From Pelagibacteraceae bacterium (GTDB lineage Bacteria > Pseudomonadota > Alphaproteobacteria > Pelagibacterales > AG-422-B15): 64,000 nucleotides of DNA. How positions within the stretch are numbered: position 1 is the first letter of the stretch; each line of letters starts with the position of its first letter. The notes under the pieces are model-generated. The model ran no database searches, was not told where the DNA came from, and worked only from the letters and a program-made list of their open reading frames with translations. A program made the position numbers and the translations under genes. Below, piece after piece: positions 56,185-64,000 of this stretch. The stretch lies in assembly GCA_038103905.1 (NCBI GenBank), contig JAYNZW010000001.1, positions 144,818-208,817 on the forward strand, written 5' to 3'.

Positions 56185-57588
56185 ATGCCAAAATCAACAC
56201 CACAAACGCCGACGAAAGAATTGCTCAACACTCTCGATGATCGAATATTGCACCCATGGCAATATTTAGAATATCGAGGCGAGGATGATCGAACATTCAT
56301 TGATAAGTCTAATGGAATTTATCTTTACGATAAAACAGGAAAAAAACTTATCGATGGGCCAGGGGGGATGTGGAATGTAAATGTTGGTCACGGTGTTAAA
56401 GAAATAGCTGATGCTGTTTATGAGCAGATTACTAAGATGCCTTACGCTAGTCCGTTTACTGAGTCTACAGAAATAGCTCACAATTATGCTTCTAGGCTTG
56501 TAAAATATGCTCCTGGTGATTTAAAAAGAGTTTTTTTCACTTCTGGAGGATCATCTGCTGTTGACTCAGCCTTACGTTTTGTCATGTTTTATAACAATGT
56601 ATGTGGACGTAGAGAAAAAAAACAAATTATCTCAAGGCATGATGCCTATCACGGTAGTACTTTTTTAGGAGCCTCTTGCTCTGGTAAAGAACGCGACAAA
56701 AATAATTTTGATTTTGCGACAAATATAGTTCACCATATTTCATCACCTAACCCTTTCCGTAAACCTGATGATTTAACTGATGAAGAATTTTGTGATTTAA
56801 AGGTTAAAGAATTGGAGGATAAGATTTTAGAGATAGGACCTGATAAGGTTGCAGCTTTTATTGCTGAACCAATTTTAGCATCAGGTGGTGTAATTGTTCC
56901 ACCTAAAGGTTATCAAAAAAAGACACACGCAGTTTGTAAAAAGTATGATGTACTTTACATCTCTGATGAGATTGTGACGGGTTTTGGAAGATTAGGCCAT
57001 ATATTTGCATCAGAAAATTATTTTGATTTTACTCCAGACATTATTCTCCTCGCAAAGGGAATTACATCTGGCTATGTTCCATGTGGTGCTGTTGTTATTT
57101 CAGAAAAGCTAATGTCACAATTAGATAACAAAGAGAAAGTTATATTTTCTAATGGATTCACTGACTCCGGCCATCCAGTGAGTATGGCCGCGGCTACTGC
57201 AACTTTAGATTACATGGAGAAAACCAACTTATTAGACCATGTGAAGGAAGTAGGTCCATATTTTCAAAGTAAACTAAGAGAATTAACCGACCTTCCAATT
57301 GTTGGCGAAGTAAGGGGAGAAGTATTAATGTCAGCAGTAGAATGCGTTTGAAATAAAGATAAAAAATACCCACTTAATTTGTCATATGAAATAGTTTCAA
57401 GAATAAATGAGCATTGTCAGCAATTAGGATTAATTGTTAGACCTTTATTCAGCACTTGTGTGATGTCACCATCACTTATCATTACAAAGGAACAGGTTGA
57501 TGAGCTTGTTACTATTTTGAGAAGAGGAATTGAGCTTGCAACTGATGATATCAAAAAAGAAGGTCTTTGGTCATCATCTGCGAATTAA
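56185..57588 (+). pseudogene. Class-III aminotransferase interrupted by one in-frame TGA (57349-57351)
   Basis: The track ORFs 56185-57351 and 57379-57588 are in the same frame. Joined, they give a 467-codon protein colinear with the paralogue at 48076 (GGMWNVNVGHG, FFTSGGSSAVDS, DEIVTGFGRLG, LLAKGITSGY, then ...GLIVRPL...SPSLIIT). Confidence 0.8.
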
Positions 57589-58826
57589 TGAGCTCATTCA
57601 ATCAATACAAAAAAAGCTATCAAGAAGGCAAAACACTTCCTCAAGATTTTTATACTGATGAGAGTATTTTTTCTGAAGAAATGAAGCAAATTTATTTTAA
57701 ACAATGGCTAATGGTCGACCATGTTAGCCGTATTCCTAACCCAGGTAATTATTTTGTTTTTGAAGCCGAGAAAGAATCAATAATTGTAATTCGTGGAAGA
57801 GATAATGTGATTAGGGCCTTTTATAATGTCTGCACTCACCGAGGCTCGAGAATTTGCCTTGACGAAGAAGGTTCAAAAAAACTCTTAGTGTGTCCTTATC
57901 ATGCGTGGAGCTTTTCTGCAGAGGGCGAGTTAAAAGCTGCCCGATATATGCCAGATGATTTTAAGCTCGAGGAACATGGACTAAAGAAGTGCCATATCAA
58001 AATATATGAAGGATTAATTTTTATAAATCTCTCTCTTGACGATCCAATGGATTTTGATGATTTTATGTCACCATTAAAGGAGTTAGTCAGTTTTCATGGT
58101 ACGGGAAAGTCTAAAATTGCTGCTCGAAAAAAATATCCAACAGACGCTAACTTCAAATTAGTTTTAGAAAATTTTCAAGAATGCTATCATTGTGGCAATG
58201 CGCATCCAGAACTTAGTTCAGTTCATGAAAAAGATTGGGTCTATACAATGGGAGCCGGACTGGGTACAGCGCCTCAAAAAGATACAGATGAATATTTAAA
58301 AAAAATAGGTCCTTGGATTGAAGAATGTAAAAAACAAGGAACACCATCTGAAACTTATTTAGAAACTGAAGAAGGTCTTAAAAGAGGTTTAAATCGTTAT
58401 GTTGACCGCACTCCGATTGGGAATGGACATCTATCACAAACGAAAAATGGCAAACCAGCTTCAAAAATTATGGGAAAATTTAAGGATTTTGATGGAGGAT
58501 TATCACAAGTCAGCTTCAACCCATTTAGTTGTTGTTATCTCACTAATGATTTTGGCATCATGTTTGTTTTTAAACCTAATTCAATCTTAAAATCAGAAGT
58601 AGAATTAATTTGGCTCGTTAGTGAAGATGCTAAAGAGGGTCGAGATTATAATACAGACGATGTTACATATATTTGGGATATAACAACACAAGAAGACACA
58701 ACAATAATTGAAAACAATCAAAAAGGTGTTCTTTCACAATCTTTTACACCAGGTGTACTATCTCAGAACGAGTCAGCAGTTACATATTTTTATAATTGGT
58801 ATTTTACCAATATGCAGCTACCATAA
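57588..58826 (+). CDS. Rieske non-haem-iron oxygenase alpha subunit (GbcA/CntA/Stc2-like)
   Basis: Rieske ligands CTHRGSRIC-x..-CPYHAWSF (CxH-x17-CxxH) and mononuclear iron motif ENFQECYHCGNAHPE. I prefer ATG 57588 (TAATG overlap) over the track TTG at 57567. Confidence 0.82.
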   Translation: MSSFNQYKKSYQEGKTLPQDFYTDESIFSEEMKQIYFKQWLMVDHVSRIPNPGNYFVFEAEKESIIVIRGRDNVIRAFYNVCTHRGSRICLDEEGSKKLLVCPYHAWSFSAEGELKAARYMPDDFKLEEHGLKKCHIKIYEGLIFINLSLDDPMDFDDFMSPLKELVSFHGTGKSKIAARKKYPTDANFKLVLENFQECYHCGNAHPELSSVHEKDWVYTMGAGLGTAPQKDTDEYLKKIGPWIEECKKQGTPSETYLETEEGLKRGLNRYVDRTPIGNGHLSQTKNGKPASKIMGKFKDFDGGLSQVSFNPFSCCYLTNDFGIMFVFKPNSILKSEVELIWLVSEDAKEGRDYNTDDVTYIWDITTQEDTTIIENNQKGVLSQSFTPGVLSQNESAVTYFYNWYFTNMQLP

Positions 58827-58841
58827 TCTTAGAGCACCTTC

Positions 58842-60197
58842 ATGAAGCAATTGTATGATAAAGCAATATATGATTTTAGTACGCCAATTAAGAGCTACTG
58901 GGAAGAAATAAGTCATTTTGATCAGAGTCAATTTCCAAAATTAGTTGGTGACCAATCTTGTGATGTATGTGTTATTGGTGGCGGCTTCACTGGAATAAGT
59001 ACAGCATATCATATAGCAAAAAATTATGGAGGGGATGTTAGGCTTCTTGAGGCTGGACATTTTGGATTTGCAAGTAGTGGAAGGAACGCAGGATTTTGCT
59101 GCCTTCCAGCAACAAAATTATCAATTAGCCAATTGATTAAAAAGTTTGGAATGGATGAAACTAAAAAGTTTTTTGCTTCTCAAATTGAAGGAGTCGATCT
59201 TTTAGCATCATTAATCGCTGATAATAATATTGAGTGTGAAAAAGTTGGTACAGGAAATCTTGATGTGGCTCATCATCCAGATAGTAGTGAAGAATTAAAA
59301 GAGTGGGGAAATGATTTAAAAAATTATTTTGGAATTAATACGCGATGGATTCCAAAAGAAGAGTTTGATGAGACAGGGCATCAATCAACAGAACAATTTG
59401 GTGCAGTGTTTACAGAAGCTGGATTTGCAATGAATCCAATGGCATTTTTGGATGGATTTGCTCATGCCGCAGTCAATATTGGCGCTAAACTACATGCGCA
59501 TTCGAGAGTCAAAAAATGGGAGAGAAATGGAAAGCACAAACTAATAACTGAAGATGGTTCATTGACTTGTGATAAAGTTGTAGTTGCTACAAACGGTTAT
59601 ACAGATGAGTCTTTACATTCAAGTTTTGCAAATAGGATGGTTCCAGTTCTATCAAATATTATTGTTACTAGAGAGATGAGTGAGGATGAGTTTAAAATGC
59701 AAAATTATAAAACTTTGAATCCAATCTGTAACTCTAGAGAGATTTTATATTATTACCGCAGGATGCCGTCTAATAGAATGCTTTTTGGAACCCGAGGTGA
59801 CACATTTGGCGATGAAAGAAGTGCTCTTAAAATGAGAGAAATTATGACAAAACAATTTAGAGGAGTATTTCCCAATTGGAATGAAATTGATATTGAGCAT
59901 TATTGGAGAGGAACAGTGGTTATGACTCGCGATCTTGTTCCTGCCTTTGGTAGCCTTGAAAATGATAAGACCGTATTTTTTTCATATGGCTATCAAGCAA
60001 ATGGAAATAATACAACTGTTTACTGTGGAAAAAAATTAGCTGAGATGATTTATGAATCGAATAGTGGTGAAACAAATATTTCAAAAGTATATCAAGGCCT
60101 ATCTCCAAAAATTCCTTTTGGCTTTCTTAGATTATGGTATCTCAGAATTTATCTCTGGTACTCTAGATTTACAGATAAAAGCAAAAAAGAGATTTAA
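58842..60197 (+). CDS. FAD-dependent oxidoreductase (DAO family), gamma-glutamylputrescine-oxidase PuuB-like
   Basis: The N-terminus is colinear with PuuB: SYWEE...CDVCVIGGGFTGISTAYHIA...LEAGHFGFASSGRNAGF. 451 aa. Confidence 0.72.
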   Translation: MKQLYDKAIYDFSTPIKSYWEEISHFDQSQFPKLVGDQSCDVCVIGGGFTGISTAYHIAKNYGGDVRLLEAGHFGFASSGRNAGFCCLPATKLSISQLIKKFGMDETKKFFASQIEGVDLLASLIADNNIECEKVGTGNLDVAHHPDSSEELKEWGNDLKNYFGINTRWIPKEEFDETGHQSTEQFGAVFTEAGFAMNPMAFLDGFAHAAVNIGAKLHAHSRVKKWERNGKHKLITEDGSLTCDKVVVATNGYTDESLHSSFANRMVPVLSNIIVTREMSEDEFKMQNYKTLNPICNSREILYYYRRMPSNRMLFGTRGDTFGDERSALKMREIMTKQFRGVFPNWNEIDIEHYWRGTVVMTRDLVPAFGSLENDKTVFFSYGYQANGNNTTVYCGKKLAEMIYESNSGETNISKVYQGLSPKIPFGFLRLWYLRIYLWYSRFTDKSKKEI

Positions 60198-60234
60198 ATT
60201 GCATCTGTTATTTTTATAAATTAGAATTTTTTGT

Positions 60235-61119
60235 ATGTTGAACTTGTGGCGAAAATTATATGTAAAAAGTGAAATTATCAGAGCTTATTCACTTCTTTCA
60301 CCAGCTTTAGTTCTTGTTATTTTAGCCATGGCTGTTCCTATGGGACTTATGTTGAGTTTTAGCATGTTTACTCAAGTCAGCATGATGGAAATCGATTATA
60401 CTTTTACATTTCAAAGATATATTGATTTTTTTCAAAAAAATTTATTGGTCACACTTTTAATTAAATCAATTAAAATATCATTTCTTGTAACTCTTATCAC
60501 TCTCGTAACAGCATACCCTGTTTGTTATTACATCGCTTTTTATGTTAAAAAAAATAAAATGCTGTGGCTTGTTTTACTTACTCTACCATTTTGGACATCT
60601 TACTTATTAAGAGTATTTTCTTGGAAGATTATTCTTGGAACAAAAGGAGTAATAAACTCTTCACTAATGAACGCTGGAATCCTTAGTGAACCCCTTACAT
60701 TTCTAATGTATTCAGAGACTGCAGTAGTTATTACTTTGACTCATGCATGGGCAGCCTTTGCATTATTACCATTGTATGTTTCACTAGAAAAAATTGATTT
60801 TTCTCTTATTGAAGCTGGAAGAGATCTTGGCTTATCTCGATTTGAAGTTTTCTGGAAAATTACTTTTCCATTATCATTGCCTGGAGTGATTGGTGCAATT
60901 TTAATTATATTTATCCCAACAGTAGGTGATTATGTCACCCCAGCTTTACTTGGCGGAACTGATGGTCGTATGTTATCTAATATGATCCAGGCTTACTTTG
61001 GGAAAATAAATAACATTCCTCTTGGAGCAGCATCGGCAACTATAATGCTAGCAACTGTTGCTATTATAACAATTATTGTTTCAAATGTAACAAAGAGACT
61101 GACACAAAGGCTAACGTAA
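60235..61119 (+). CDS. Polyamine-type ABC permease (PotB/PotH-like)
   Basis: Six helices and the EAA loop IEAGRDLGLSRFEVFWKITFPLSLPG. Confidence 0.82.
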   Translation: MLNLWRKLYVKSEIIRAYSLLSPALVLVILAMAVPMGLMLSFSMFTQVSMMEIDYTFTFQRYIDFFQKNLLVTLLIKSIKISFLVTLITLVTAYPVCYYIAFYVKKNKMLWLVLLTLPFWTSYLLRVFSWKIILGTKGVINSSLMNAGILSEPLTFLMYSETAVVITLTHAWAAFALLPLYVSLEKIDFSLIEAGRDLGLSRFEVFWKITFPLSLPGVIGAILIIFIPTVGDYVTPALLGGTDGRMLSNMIQAYFGKINNIPLGAASATIMLATVAIITIIVSNVTKRLTQRLT

Positions 61120-61121
61120 AG

Positions 61122-61931
61122 ATGAACGAAAAAAATAATACACTACTGATATATACTCTTCTTTATTTTGGTTTTTTATATGTGCCAGTTTTATTCTTGC
61201 CTATATTTAGTTTTAATGATGCAAATTATATGTCATTTCCACTAGCTGGATTTACAACAGAACATTATGAAGAGATGTGGTCAAAAAGAAATCTTCACAA
61301 AGCCTTATGGGCTAGTATAAAAGTTGGAGTTGTTGCAAGTGTAGTTAGTACAACTATCGCTCTTTTCGCTGCAAAGGCCTTTGCTCGTTATAAGTTTAGA
61401 GGACAGAAGATTTCTTATGGTGCAATTATGATGCCATTTTTAATTCCTGAGATCATTTTAGCTGTAGCTATATTAATCATCTGGGTCAATCTTGGCTTTA
61501 AATTAGGCCTAGTACCAGTGACAATTGGACATACTTTATTTTGTACGCCATTTGCAATGTTAATATTAATAGCTCGTATTGAAGGATTTGACTTTTCTCT
61601 TGAGGAAGCTTCAAGAGATCTAGGAGAAAATGCATGGGGTACATTTTATAGGGTATCACTTCCGCTATATTTACCCGGGATAGTTGCAGCTCTTCTTCTG
61701 AGTTTTATAATTTCATTTGATGAGTTTATTCTTGCATTCTTCTTGACAGGTAGTGATGCGACACTGCCTATGTATATGTGGGGTCAAATGAGATTTGTCC
61801 AAAAATTACCACATGTGCTGGCATTAGGAGCAGTAATAATTGTGTTTACTACTTTGATTGTTTTGTTAGCATTCTGGTTGAGAAATGTTGGCCAAGGAAA
61901 AGGAAAGAAAGATATAGCTATAAAAATATAA
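61122..61931 (+). CDS. Polyamine-type ABC permease (PotC/PotI-like)
   Basis: EAA loop EEASRDLGENAWGTFYRVSLPLYLPG. 269 aa. Confidence 0.82.
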   Translation: MNEKNNTLLIYTLLYFGFLYVPVLFLPIFSFNDANYMSFPLAGFTTEHYEEMWSKRNLHKALWASIKVGVVASVVSTTIALFAAKAFARYKFRGQKISYGAIMMPFLIPEIILAVAILIIWVNLGFKLGLVPVTIGHTLFCTPFAMLILIARIEGFDFSLEEASRDLGENAWGTFYRVSLPLYLPGIVAALLLSFIISFDEFILAFFLTGSDATLPMYMWGQMRFVQKLPHVLALGAVIIVFTTLIVLLAFWLRNVGQGKGKKDIAIKI

Positions 61932-61937
61932 AAGATT

Positions 61938-63020
61938 ATGAACAACTCATTTATACAAATTAATAATATTTCAAAACATTTTGCAGATGTTAAGGCAGTT
62001 GATGATGTTTCATTTGAAATTAAAGAAGGTGAATTCTTTTCACTTTTGGGACCCTCTGGTTGTGGAAAAACAACTTTGTTACGACTCTTAGCAGGATTTG
62101 AATACCCAACTTCTGGTAATTTATTAATTGATGGAATAGATATTACTGCGCTACCTCCAGATAAAAGACCTACAAATATGGTTTTTCAGAATTATGCTAT
62201 TTTTCCTCATTTGAATGTTGAAAAAAATATTCAATTTGGATTGAGAAAACTTGGCTTAAGTAGCGATGAAATAGAGAAAAGAGTAAAAGATGTTTTATCT
62301 CTCGTGAAGCTTGAAGGATATGAGGAAAGATTTAGTAATCAATTATCTGGAGGTCAAAGACAGCGTGTCGCGCTTGCAAGAGCTCTAGTAAGGCAACCAA
62401 AAGTACTTTTATTAGACGAGCCTCTTGGTGCATTAGATAAAAAGTTAAGAGACGAAATGCAGCTAGAATTAAGAACTCTACAGAAAAATATTGGAATTAC
62501 TTTTGTATTTGTAACTCATGATCAACAAGAAGCTATCAGTATGTCGGATAGAGTAGCAGTAATGAATAATGGAAAAATTCAACAACTATCGGCACCAAAT
62601 GATCTTTATAAGAATCCAGAAAATATATTTGTAAGTGATTTTATTGGTGAAACGAATTTTCTTAAAGCTGAAACGAAATTAAGTGATGGTGAATTTATCA
62701 GTGTTTCAATTGAAGAATTAGGTGAGTTCAAAATTAAAAATAATTTAAATATTTCAGCAAATTCTACAGATGTTGTATGTAGCGTTCGCCCGGAATCAAT
62801 GATGATTTCTAAAGTAAAATCAGACTGGGATATTTGTCTTGATGCTAAAATTAAACAGACTTCATATTTAGGTGAGATGACTAGATTTTATGTAGAAGCA
62901 AAAGGAATTGATAAGATCATCACTGTTTCTTCACAGCATTTCGATAATCAATCCTTTGAAAATAACGAATGCTTTATAAGTATGAGTTTAGAAGATATTT
63001 CTCTATTAAATAAAAAATAG
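61938..63020 (+). CDS. Polyamine-type ABC ATPase (PotA/PotG-like)
   Basis: Walker A GPSGCGKTT, Q-loop FQNYAIFPHL, signature LSGGQRQRVALARAL, Walker B LLLDEPL, and a C-terminal TOBE-like domain. Confidence 0.88.
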   Translation: MNNSFIQINNISKHFADVKAVDDVSFEIKEGEFFSLLGPSGCGKTTLLRLLAGFEYPTSGNLLIDGIDITALPPDKRPTNMVFQNYAIFPHLNVEKNIQFGLRKLGLSSDEIEKRVKDVLSLVKLEGYEERFSNQLSGGQRQRVALARALVRQPKVLLLDEPLGALDKKLRDEMQLELRTLQKNIGITFVFVTHDQQEAISMSDRVAVMNNGKIQQLSAPNDLYKNPENIFVSDFIGETNFLKAETKLSDGEFISVSIEELGEFKIKNNLNISANSTDVVCSVRPESMMISKVKSDWDICLDAKIKQTSYLGEMTRFYVEAKGIDKIITVSSQHFDNQSFENNECFISMSLEDISLLNKK

Positions 63021-63049
63021 CCTGCCCCCAAAAAAGAACAGGCTATTTT
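63015..63049. terminator. Bidirectional hairpin between potA-like and the convergent binding-protein gene
   Basis: AAATAGCCTG-cccccaaaaaagaa-CAGGCTATTT, a 10-bp stem with T-runs on both strands. The 5' arm includes the potA-like TAG stop. Confidence 0.6.
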
Positions 63050-63071
63050 GAGATTTTATTTTAATCTCTGA

Positions 63072-64000
63072 TCAACCGCCAGCAACCATTTCAGCCCACT
63101 GAGCTTCCATGTAGTCTGTTACTTCGTCTGAAGGCATAACTGAGAACATTCCATTTGAAAGGTGTTCTGCAGGATTTGATGCTACTCCACGTTCAGCAAG
63201 TTCATCAGCAGTAATAGTGCTAAAGCCTTTTCTATTCGAATGACCATAACCCCACTCACTTAATAAGTAAGCTGAAGTTTCAGCACTAGTAGCTCCATTA
63301 ATCATTGCATATGCTTTATCAAGGTCTGCACCTTTAACAATCGCAAGTCCGCATGCCCACGTCATTGTACCATTAGCAGGCTGCATCATTTTTGCTCCAG
63401 CATTCCATGCAATTTCGTTCCATCCAAGAGCTACGTCTATTTCTTCATTACCCAATGCTTCTACCATTGAAGATGTATCTCCAAAGAAAGCACGGATTTG
63501 TCCGTTGTCTCTCATTTCACGGAACTTGTTGATTGCTTTATCAATAGCAGCTTTTGTTAACTGATCTTTTTCTCTAATATCAATTCCAAGGTGATGCATC
63601 ATCAAAAATAATGAGTCAGCAGCTGAGTCAAGTATTCCAACTTTACCTTTAACTCTTGGATCTTCCATTAGATCAAAGCTTTCGTTATCTGCATTCATCC
63701 AAGTAACTCGATCAGGCATATAAAACAAAGTTGTGTCACCCCAATCGATTGGTGCAAAATAATTTTGGCCATTAACGATACCACTTGGTAAGTCTCTGAC
63801 TTCAGGGAACATATCGTCCCAGTTGTCAATTCTAGAAGTATCAAGCGGCTGAAGCACTCCAGCTCTCACCCAACGAGCGATCTCACCTTGGCAAGGCCAA
63901 GCTAAGTCAACTTCAAAACCAGCTTTTAATTTTTGTAATCCTTCTTCAGCATCACCGAATGTTGAATATTCAGGTGAGCCATGTTCTTCTGCGTATGTTC
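63072..64000 (-). CDS. Family-1 extracellular solute-binding protein, PotD/PotF-like (N-terminus beyond window end)
   Basis: The reading frame stays open upstream of the track start (63869) to the window edge: ...TYAEEHGSPEYSTFGDAEEGLQKLKAGFEVDLAWPCQGEIARWVRAGVLQPLD.... The layout is typical of PotD/PotF. Confidence 0.75.
   Translation of the reverse strand, partial: TYAEEHGSPEYSTFGDAEEGLQKLKAGFEVDLAWPCQGEIARWVRAGVLQPLDTSRIDNWDDMFPEVRDLPSGIVNGQNYFAPIDWGDTTLFYMPDRVTWMNADNESFDLMEDPRVKGKVGILDSAADSLFLMMHHLGIDIREKDQLTKAAIDKAINKFREMRDNGQIRAFFGDTSSMVEALGNEEIDVALGWNEIAWNAGAKMMQPANGTMTWACGLAIVKGADLDKAYAMINGATSAETSAYLLSEWGYGHSNRKGFSTITADELAERGVASNPAEHLSNGMFSVMPSDEVTDYMEAQWAEMVAGG

Noticed and set aside
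57349-57351. The in-frame TGA read as selenocysteine, or as evidence for a TGA-sense genetic code (code 4 or 25)
   Set aside because: TGA clearly terminates well-conserved genes in the same window. Examples are the amgK-like gene at 20984-20986 and umuD at 36106-36108, both in ATGA overlaps, so the code is standard. The 40 nt after the TGA (AAUAAAGAUAAAAAAUACCCACUUAAUUUG...) form no SECIS-like hairpin. The aligned residue in the paralogue is Lys, not Cys. No sel genes are in view.

Overview
AT-rich (about 30% GC by eye, not computed) and extremely gene-dense window. I call 58 protein-coding loci, 57 intact and 1 interrupted. Only about 1.8 kb (~3%) is non-coding by my coordinates. I see no rRNA, tRNA, CRISPR, IS, integrase or phage genes.

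Taxonomy (inference): gene content and regulatory grammar indicate Alphaproteobacteria. The evidence is RegB/RegA, the pckA<>chvI-chvG-ahcY synteny, a zf-CHCC mini-protein and a GAAC-N7-GAAC SOS box. The AT-richness, near-zero spacers, overlapping convergent stops and dominance of nutrient-scavenging transporters fit a streamlined marine lineage of the Pelagibacterales (SAR11) type.

Layout:
- 1-23 kb: housekeeping genes. These are gyrB 3' end, regBA, polA, pckA, chvIG, ahcY, tsaE-amgK-murU, dsbA-like, hspQ and yciB. Also here are a divergent di-iron protein / RND exporter pair and a nucleotidyltransferase-cupin fusion.
- 23-31.7 kb: TauD-like dioxygenase, DMT permease, MBL-type alkylsulfatase and a HupE-like / SurA-like / DUF3604 unit.
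- 31.8-34.6 kb: two tandem ammonium transporters without glnK.
- 35.6-37.4 kb: umuDC behind a textbook promoter plus an alphaproteobacterial LexA box.
- 38.4-43.5 kb: Liv-type amino-acid ABC system.
- 46-64 kb: catabolic supercluster for nitrogen-rich compounds. It holds puuD, gcdH, two class-III transaminases, GNAT, MFS, TetR, a Rieske oxygenase, a PuuB-like oxidase and a Pot-type ABC transporter.

Best candidate for an undescribed system: the TetR-controlled, translationally coupled trio at 51.8-56.1 kb. It has two CrtI/COG1233-type flavoproteins plus a stand-alone GcvT-like folate protein. I interpret it as a possible new THF-linked amine oxidase / N-dealkylase. It is followed by a transaminase carrying a single in-frame TGA.

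All functional calls rest on motif and architecture recognition by eye. No database search was run.
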